A stretch of DNA of 12,982 bases, taken from the NCBI GenBank assembly GCA_945859975.1, contig CAMAPH010000060.1, forward strand, positions 1 through 12,982. Direction: 5' to 3'. Every line of letters starts with the position of its first letter. Position 1 is the first letter of the stretch. The DNA is from Chthonomonas calidirosea. Its GTDB lineage: Bacteria; Armatimonadota; Fimbriimonadia; Fimbriimonadales; Fimbriimonadaceae. Below the pieces are notes generated by a model that was given only the letters and a program-made list of their open reading frames with translations, was not told the DNA's origin and did not search any database. Position numbers and translations under genes: made by a program. Of the stretch, positions 7,437-12,982 are shown in pieces.

Positions 7437-8618
7437 GTGCAAGGGAGCATTGAGAGTGGCGGTACTGGGTACCGAGAGATCGCTGAGGAGCTGAGGCAGA
7501 ACATCGGCTCCGGAAGGATCGAGGTTGGCAGTTTGTTGCCGACGGAGCGCGAACTTTACTCTCAATTTGGTGTCAGCCGAACGACGATCCGGCGAGCCCT
7601 TCAAGACTTGGTTCGAAGCGGATGGGCGGTGAGTCAGCCGAACCGAGGACACATTGCGAGCCAACCATCACCAGCTCGAGAGAGTCGACTGGTAGCTTTT
7701 GTCGACCACGCAAATTCGATCCATCAGTCGCTCTTCTTCAAGCTCTCCCAGTCATTGGCGACCCAGGGTTTTCACCTCGTCCATATCGATAGCGAACAGC
7801 TCGGAACCGTTGGCGCAATGGAACGCGCAGCGGCTGAGGGTATGTACGGAGCTATCGTATGGTCTAAGGCAAGTACTCCAGATGTACACCGCCTTCAAAG
7901 GCTCAAGTCGTTACTGCACGTGGTCACGATCATGCATCACCTCCCGGCGGTTGGAGCGGCGCATGTACAGCCGAAGCTCTACGAGGGTGCGCGCATGGCG
8001 GTCCGGCACTTGCATCGAATGGGGTACCGACGTCCGGCGGTGACCGGCATCATGGACGGATTCCGTGCCCACCACGAAGGTCTTTCGGGGTTTTTAGCGG
8101 CTTGTCATGAGCTCGAGATTCATCCATCGCCGATGGACTTTTTGTTCTGCCGCACGAGTACATCGCAAGAATTAGAACTTCGGCACCTGGAGCGCAGGCT
8201 GAGAGACGAAGATCGTCCCGATGCAATCGTGATGTTGCAGGATATGTGGGTTGAACCGATAGGGCAGGTCATTGCGAAAGCTGGCCTGTCGGTGCCTGGC
8301 GACATCGCCGTCGTTGGGATGGGGAATGACTTCCCTTACTCGTTTAGCGGAACTGACCTCACGACCGTTGCTTACGACTGGTCTATGGCCGCCCAGCAGA
8401 TCGTAGAGCAACTGCTTGAACCCGAGACTTCTGCCCTCCGCCACGCCCGTTCGCGGCAATTCGATGTTTCTCTTGTCATCCGCGGAAGCGCTGGAGAGCC
8501 CGTTGACCAGTGGTCAAACGAGCCCTACACGCCAAACCGTGCCATTCCGTTCCTTTCTGTACCGCAACGATCTGCGGGACGACCCGGCACCATGGCGGTG
8601 CCATCTACAGTGAAGTAG
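7437..8618 (+). CDS. GntR-family regulator with LacI/GalR-type effector-binding domain (AraR-like architecture)
   Basis: N-terminal w[15 protein letters not shown]...[30 protein letters not shown]-terminal [48 protein letters not shown] typical of LacI-type sensor domains; 393 aa. Confidence 0.92.
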   Translation: MQGSIESGGTGYREIAEELRQNIGSGRIEVGSLLPTERELYSQFGVSRTTIRRALQDLVRSGWAVSQPNRGHIASQPSPARESRLVAFVDHANSIHQSLFFKLSQSLATQGFHLVHIDSEQLGTVGAMERAAAEGMYGAIVWSKASTPDVHRLQRLKSLLHVVTIMHHLPAVGAAHVQPKLYEGARMAVRHLHRMGYRRPAVTGIMDGFRAHHEGLSGFLAACHELEIHPSPMDFLFCRTSTSQELELRHLERRLRDEDRPDAIVMLQDMWVEPIGQVIAKAGLSVPGDIAVVGMGNDFPYSFSGTDLTTVAYDWSMAAQQIVEQLLEPETSALRHARSRQFDVSLVIRGSAGEPVDQWSNEPYTPNRAIPFLSVPQRSAGRPGTMAVPSTVK

Positions 8619-8623
8619 ACCTC

Positions 8624-9451
8624 ATGAAAAAAGCATTTACGCTAATTGAACTTCTTGTCGTTATCGCGATCATCGCGATTCTTGCCGCTATCCTCTTCCC
8701 CGTCTTCGCTCAGGCCAAGGCTGCCGCGAAGAAAACCCAGTCGCTCAGCAACGTCAAACAGCTTGGTCTTGGCACGCTGATGTACAACAACGACTACGAT
8801 GGCTCCTTCACCATGGGCACGAACTCGTGCTGGTGGCAGCCAACCGACGGAGGTTGGACTTACAACGTTCTGCCTTACATCAAGAGCGTTCCAATGTTCG
8901 TGAGCCCAGGAGACCCTAAGAGCAAGGCTTCTTGGCCAGGCTGGATGAGAGGCGTCACCGAGGCAATCAACATCTCGTACGCGGCAAACGGATACATGGC
9001 TGATAAGGGATCAGGCTGGGGCGTTTATGGCGTCATCGGTATGAACCAGGCCAATTCGCAGACGCGACCAGACGGAACATTCTGCGGAGCGTGGATGAGC
9101 CGCGGAGTGACCGCCGAAACGGAAGTCACCAACGTGGCCGAAACGGTCATGTTCGCCGAAGCTTACGGCGGCTACCCAGTTTGGGGACCATCGAACTTCT
9201 TCACCGGCGTCAACTGGTGGGACTTCGTTGGCTTCGGTGGCTTGACGCCAAACCCAGCCCGAAACGGTACGGCCTACCAAGTCAACGGCGTAACCTTCAC
9301 GAGGAACAACCGAAACGGTGGCGTTAACGCAGACTGGACCGGCAACAGCAACTTCGTTTGGGTAGACGGACACGCGACGGCGAAGAACCCGCAGACGACT
9401 TTCCGAACCCCAACCGACAACACGACTAACCAGTGGGACGCTCTCCGCTGA
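8624..9451 (+). CDS. Prepilin-type N-terminal cleavage/methylation protein with H-X9-DG-type C-terminal motif (DUF1559-like)
   Basis: True start ATG 8624 (275 aa): [32 protein letters not shown]...[39 protein letters not shown]-terminal NFVWVDGHA. Confidence 0.92.
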   Translation: MKKAFTLIELLVVIAIIAILAAILFPVFAQAKAAAKKTQSLSNVKQLGLGTLMYNNDYDGSFTMGTNSCWWQPTDGGWTYNVLPYIKSVPMFVSPGDPKSKASWPGWMRGVTEAINISYAANGYMADKGSGWGVYGVIGMNQANSQTRPDGTFCGAWMSRGVTAETEVTNVAETVMFAEAYGGYPVWGPSNFFTGVNWWDFVGFGGLTPNPARNGTAYQVNGVTFTRNNRNGGVNADWTGNSNFVWVDGHATAKNPQTTFRTPTDNTTNQWDALR

Positions 9452-9468
9452 GCTAGTGCTTAAAACAA

Positions 9469-9492
9469 TGACCGGGGTGCAAACCCCGGTCA
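9469..9492 (+). other. Perfect intergenic stem-loop with GCAA tetraloop
   Basis: TGACCGGGGT-GCAA-ACCCCGGTCA: 10-bp perfect stem with no U-tract on the + strand, immediately followed by the SD AAGGA. Confidence 0.8.
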
Positions 9493-9497
9493 AAGGA
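9493..9497 (+). promoter_or_regulatory. Shine-Dalgarno (AAGGA) of the lipoprotein gene
   Basis: AAGGA 5 nt upstream of ATG 9503. Confidence 0.6.
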
Positions 9498-9502
9498 AAT
9501 CC

Positions 9503-9775
9503 ATGAAGAAGACGACTACTTTCATCTCAGCGCTGTTGCTGACAGTTGCATTGATCGGATGCGGCCCTTCCGATGCGACCTTGTCGAAAAACGAAGAAGA
9601 TTCGCTCAAGAACCCTGGAAAAACCATCCCACCCGAGGCCGCTGCCGGGATGAGCAAAATGGGTGACCTGGTCAAGCAACAGCAGGAAGCCAACAAGGCA
9701 GCTGGCGTTGACTCACGTGGCCTGCCCATCGAGAGCTCTACCGAAAAAGAACCGCCAAAAGTCGGCCCGAAGTGA
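9503..9775 (+). CDS. Small lipoprotein of unknown function
   Basis: 90 aa; MKK, hydrophobic stretch and lipobox LIGC (Cys20). Mature part is hydrophilic and low-complexity. SD present; followed by a terminator. Confidence 0.8.
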   Translation: MKKTTTFISALLLTVALIGCGPSDATLSKNEEDSLKNPGKTIPPEAAAGMSKMGDLVKQQQEANKAAGVDSRGLPIESSTEKEPPKVGPK

Positions 9776-9821
9776 TCTCGCATTACCAGACTTAACTGTC
9801 GGCCGGGACCCCTCGTTATCG

Positions 9822-9857
9822 ATCGTTTCTGAATCGAGTGTTCAGAAACGATTTTTT
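9822..9857 (+). terminator. Rho-independent terminator closing the regulator-pilin-lipoprotein unit
   Basis: ATCGTTTCTGAA-TCGAGTG-TTCAGAAACGAT (12-bp perfect stem) followed by TTTTT. Confidence 0.75.
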
Positions 9858-9882
9858 CCCGGCACTGACGTTTAATTAGGTG

Positions 9883-9907
9883 TATCCTCTAGTAATTACT
9901 GAAGGAG
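9883..9907 (+). promoter_or_regulatory. Candidate -10 (TATCCT, 9883-9888) and strong SD (GAAGGAG, 9901-9907)
   Basis: AT-rich intergenic patch; SD 7 nt before TTG 9915. Confidence 0.55.
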
Positions 9908-9914
9908 TGTCACT

Positions 9915-11930
9915 TTGAAAAATCGCTGGCTAACATTTCTAACCACAGGCGCGCTGGCATTGTCCGCGTCGGTGTTCTCGCAAACGACGACGGAGATCAA
10001 ACCTCTCCGCAAGGTCAACGTCACGGCGGCGCCGAAGATCGACACGCGATCCTTCAGTCCGCAAATCTCGACCAGCTTCAACAAGAAGCCAAAAATTTCT
10101 GAGAACCCAATGCTCTTGCCTTGGCGCAAGACGGGAACGAAGAACAGCCTGAAAGCAGGCGTTTCTGACGCGAAGCTTGACCATGGGGCACAGCCGAAAA
10201 TTACCTTCGGTGGCCCAGGATTCAACGGCGGCATTCCACCAGACTGTGACGTCGCGGTAGGACCTCGGCACGTGGTTGCGGTAGTTAATACCGTCCTGGC
10301 CTTCTATAACAAGACCACCGGCGCAAAGACTTTTGAACAGAGCTACGATGCATTCTTCGCTGGCATCGGCGTGACCGGAGAAGTCATCTCTGACCCCAAG
10401 ATCATTTACGATCCGGTCAGCAAGCGCTGGTTCACCCTCATCATTGAGGTCGGATTTGCGACCCCGGCGAGCAAGCAGCTTGTTGCCGTGTCGGACGATG
10501 AAGATCCGAACGGAACCTGGTTCCGTTACCGTGTTGACTCAGAACTCACGGTCGGTAACGACAAGTTCTGGCTGGACTACCCTGGCTTTGGCGTTAACAA
10601 GGACACGTTGGTCATCACTGGCAACATGTTCGGTTACACCAGCGGATTTGCCGGAAACCTCTTCATTGTTTTGCCAAAGCAGCCGTTCCTCACCGGAGCG
10701 ACCGCGACCGCAACCCAGTTCCACGACCCTCAGGGAAGCACGACCAAGATCGTGACTACCTACGACGCGACGGTCAATGCCGTTTACTCGCTGGGAGACT
10801 TCAACACCTCCTCGGTGAAGGTTAATGCCATCACGGCTGGCGCGACCCCATCGCCACGACTCTTCCAGAGCTTCGTGACCGTGCCAAACATCACCTATTA
10901 CGGCTCCGGCGTGGTCAACGGCGCGGGCGGTTCGGTCCTCGACGGATTTGACGGACGCATCTACAATGCTTCCTACCGAAATGGCTCGATCTTGGGTGCT
11001 CACGGCATTCAGGTCAGCGATAGCGACACCCGACAGAAGGTTCGCTGGTACGACGTTCGAACGAACAACTGGCCATTTGGCGGAACTCCTTCGCTTCGAC
11101 AAGCTGGCGATATCGTTGGTGGCACCGGTGAGAGCCTCCACATGCCGGCGATCAACATGAACTCGCGAAACGAGATCAGCGTTCTCTACACGCGAACCAG
11201 CCCTGGCATCGTTGCTGACTTGGTCTTCTCCACTCGACGAGCTTCAGACCCATCTGGCGTGGTTGGCCGACCTACTTTGGTTGCCCGCTCTACCGCCAAC
11301 TATCCGTTCTACCGATGGGGCGACTACTTCGGCGTTGCGATTGATCCAGTCGACGACCGAACCTTCTGGGGCTTCGGAATGGTTTCGACGGCCAACATTT
11401 GGGACACGTTTGTTAGCAGCTGGAGAATTCCATCGAACGGCGAAGGCGCGATCGTCTTTAATGCGCAAACGGCCAGCATCTTCAGCGCACAAGGAACCTT
11501 TGTTTCTGGAACCCTCGCATCGGTCTTCAATGCCGACAACAATCTGTACCGAGTGAACTCCAGCCGAGTGGCTGGCTTTGGTCAGGTGACGGCAGTCGAG
11601 GCGGCATACGGAACGAACTTGACGCCAGAAACGGCACAGTACTTGGGACTCAACCTCAAGTCGGCAGCGCCAACCGGAAGCACCGTGCAGGTGTACTTCT
11701 ACAACCAGGTCAAGCGAGCCTATGAGCTTGTAAAGAGCTACACCTCGACGACCACGGTGACGAAGATTGACCTTGCCGAAGCGCAAGCCAAGCTGTACCT
11801 CGCCGCTAACGGACAAGTTAAGGTTATGGTTCGAACCATCAACCCGGTCCGATCGGGCAACATGCCCCCAACCTTCACCCTAGGCTTGGATCAGCTCCAG
11901 CTCTTGGGCGAAGCAAAGCCGATCAACTAA
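9915..11930 (+). CDS. Large secreted protein of unknown function (probable beta-propeller-like domain plus C-terminal beta-rich domain)
   Basis: 671 aa; signal peptide MKNRWLTFLTTGALALSASVFSQ. Motifs PPDCDVAVGPRHVVAVVN, SDPKIIYD, WFRY, DYPGFG and RWGDYFGVAIDPVDDRTFW. Strong SD and terminator. Confidence 0.85.
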   Translation: MKNRWLTFLTTGALALSASVFSQTTTEIKPLRKVNVTAAPKIDTRSFSPQISTSFNKKPKISENPMLLPWRKTGTKNSLKAGVSDAKLDHGAQPKITFGGPGFNGGIPPDCDVAVGPRHVVAVVNTVLAFYNKTTGAKTFEQSYDAFFAGIGVTGEVISDPKIIYDPVSKRWFTLIIEVGFATPASKQLVAVSDDEDPNGTWFRYRVDSELTVGNDKFWLDYPGFGVNKDTLVITGNMFGYTSGFAGNLFIVLPKQPFLTGATATATQFHDPQGSTTKIVTTYDATVNAVYSLGDFNTSSVKVNAITAGATPSPRLFQSFVTVPNITYYGSGVVNGAGGSVLDGFDGRIYNASYRNGSILGAHGIQVSDSDTRQKVRWYDVRTNNWPFGGTPSLRQAGDIVGGTGESLHMPAINMNSRNEISVLYTRTSPGIVADLVFSTRRASDPSGVVGRPTLVARSTANYPFYRWGDYFGVAIDPVDDRTFWGFGMVSTANIWDTFVSSWRIPSNGEGAIVFNAQTASIFSAQGTFVSGTLASVFNADNNLYRVNSSRVAGFGQVTAVEAAYGTNLTPETAQYLGLNLKSAAPTGSTVQVYFYNQVKRAYELVKSYTSTTTVTKIDLAEAQAKLYLAANGQVKVMVRTINPVRSGNMPPTFTLGLDQLQLLGEAKPIN

Positions 11931-11946
11931 GTTAAGGTTCGGCTTC

Positions 11947-11984
11947 AAAAAGGTCCAACGAAGAAATTCGTTGGACCTTTTTTT
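11947..11984 (+). terminator. Rho-independent terminator, potentially bidirectional
   Basis: AAAAAGGTCCAACGAA-GAAA-TTCGTTGGACC-TTTTTTT: perfect stem, GAAA tetraloop, 7 T tail, 5 A upstream. Confidence 0.92.
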
Positions 11985-11992
11985 GTGCCGTG

Positions 11993-12001
11993 TGCTACCT
12001 T
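11993..12001 (+). promoter_or_regulatory. Putative extended -10 (TG-C-TACCTT) of a leaderless promoter
   Basis: TGnTANNNT 7 nt before ATG 12009, just downstream of the terminator; no SD. Confidence 0.6.
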
Positions 12002-12008
12002 TCTAGCG

Positions 12009-12929
12009 ATGTCGCTCGCGATTTTTGCCACCCTCCTTGCCGTTTCTTTACCGGTGCAAGAACGCACGGTCGACCTGACGCCGATTGCGAAAGTTGAGCT
12101 GCCGGCGCTCGACGAAATGAGCGGCATCGTGAAGAGTCGCCGGTATCCAAACACCTACTGGGTTCACAACGACTCCGGTGATGCGGCCCGAATTTTCGCG
12201 ATTCAGCCAACCGGCGACGTGCTCTTCAAAGGCTGGGAAAACCGAAAGGCAGACGCGGGCAAAACGCCGGATGCCAAGCCCTACGAAGGCATTTCGATTC
12301 TTGGCGCATTCAACCAAGACTGGGAGGACATCGCGATTGATGGCGACACGCTGTACTTAAGCGATCTCGGCAACAACGCCAATGCGCGACGTGATCTCGG
12401 CATCTACGTCGTCGATGAACCCAACCCGCTCGAGGCACGCGAAGCGCACCTGATCTCGCGTATCCCGGTTCGGTATCCCGAGCAGACTGACTTTCCGCCG
12501 AAAGCCGGGTACCGGTACGACTGCGAAGGGATCTTCGTAAAGGCCGGAAAGCTCTACATAGTGACGAAAGAGCGAACGCCGGGCGGAAAATTGCCGGTGG
12601 ACACTACGGTTCTGTATCGGCTCGATTCTCGCCGGACTGACACCGTGAATCCGCTGAAACGGCTTGGCGAGCGCAAGGGCCTTGGCGGTTGGGTCACCGC
12701 GAGCGATCTGTCGCCGAACGGTAAGTATCTTGCGCTGCTGACTCAGGCTCCCTTTGCGAGCGTTTGGATTTTCGATGCTTCCGGCCCCGACACTCAATGG
12801 CTCAACAAGCCGATCCGACAGATCCGGCTGAACAAAGCGCAGCAGTGCGAAGCCATTGGATTCGAGGATGACCGCACGGTGCTCATCTCGAACGAGCAGC
12901 GCGAAATCTTCCGGGTCCGCGTCGACTAG
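12009..12929 (+). CDS. Secreted putative beta-propeller protein (SdiA-regulated/phytase-like repeat character), function unknown
   Basis: Start ATG 12009 (306 aa); signal-like MSLAIFATLLAVSLP. Acidic blade motifs DEMSGI, WVHNDSG, DWEDIA, DLGNN, YDCEG, TASDLSP, QCEAI, ISNE. Confidence 0.8.
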   Translation: MSLAIFATLLAVSLPVQERTVDLTPIAKVELPALDEMSGIVKSRRYPNTYWVHNDSGDAARIFAIQPTGDVLFKGWENRKADAGKTPDAKPYEGISILGAFNQDWEDIAIDGDTLYLSDLGNNANARRDLGIYVVDEPNPLEAREAHLISRIPVRYPEQTDFPPKAGYRYDCEGIFVKAGKLYIVTKERTPGGKLPVDTTVLYRLDSRRTDTVNPLKRLGERKGLGGWVTASDLSPNGKYLALLTQAPFASVWIFDASGPDTQWLNKPIRQIRLNKAQQCEAIGFEDDRTVLISNEQREIFRVRVD

Positions 12930-12982
12930 TTGACGTTGATCGATTCGATGGTCAGGGTTCCGCTGGCGTCGCGTGGGTTGAC
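12926..12982 (-). CDS. Probable C-terminal end of a convergent gene entering from the right edge
   Basis: Open frame VNPRDASGTLTIESINVN* with codon choice typical of the window (GTC AAC, GAC GCC, ACC ATC). Its TAG lies in the same CTAG palindrome as the opposite gene's stop. Only 19 codons are visible. Confidence 0.45.
   Translation of the reverse strand, partial: VNPRDASGTLTIESINVN

Noticed and set aside
8606..8611. TACAGT as an internal -10 for the pilin gene
   Set aside because: It lies 12 nt from the ATG, outside the 6-9 nt pattern, and sits in coding sequence. Possible but unsupported.
8510..8623. 38-aa N-terminal extension of the prepilin ORF
   Set aside because: It overlaps the regulator gene; the class III leader MKKA|FTLIE defines ATG 8624.
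10698..10715. GCGACC tandem repeat
   Set aside because: Three imperfect units encoding ATATAT; ordinary coding low complexity.
10539..11816. Two long antisense ORFs (200 and 190 aa) in the 671-aa gene
   Set aside because: Explained by the strong codon bias of the sense gene; no start signals or motifs.
1..12982. CRISPR arrays, IS/integrase genes, tRNA/rRNA, defence-system or 7-deazaguanine DNA-modification (dpdA) reading of tgt
   Set aside because: No spaced repeats, transposase motifs or RNA gene structures were seen. The TGT has the canonical tRNA-enzyme motif set and no dpd-type neighbours.

Overview
Gene-dense, GC-rich bacterial chromosomal window with no mobile elements, CRISPR array or RNA genes visible. 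The source is probably Armatimonadota (Fimbriimonadia-like). This is an inference from the [32 protein letters not shown] prepilin-type gene and its context. The left half holds a truncated secreted Fes-like esterase (missed by the ORF track), a Mpv17/PMP22-like membrane protein overlapping the serC stop, serC and tgt back-to-back across 38 bp, a PHB-depolymerase/LpqC-like esterase, a GH57 branching enzyme and a LolA-fold-like secreted protein. The right half holds a compact cassette: GntR/LacI-hybrid regulator, prepilin-like H-X9-DG-type protein, perfect GNRA hairpin, small lipoprotein, terminator. Two uncharacterised secreted proteins, probably beta-propellers, follow it. Most notable points: (1) that regulator-pilin-lipoprotein cassette; (2) a TANNNT-type box 6-9 nt before seven start codons, indicating widespread leaderless transcription; (3) a TGT lacking all three zinc-ligand cysteines; (4) a bacterial Mpv17/PMP22-like gene coupled to serC. 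All family calls come from motif recognition by eye; no searches were run.
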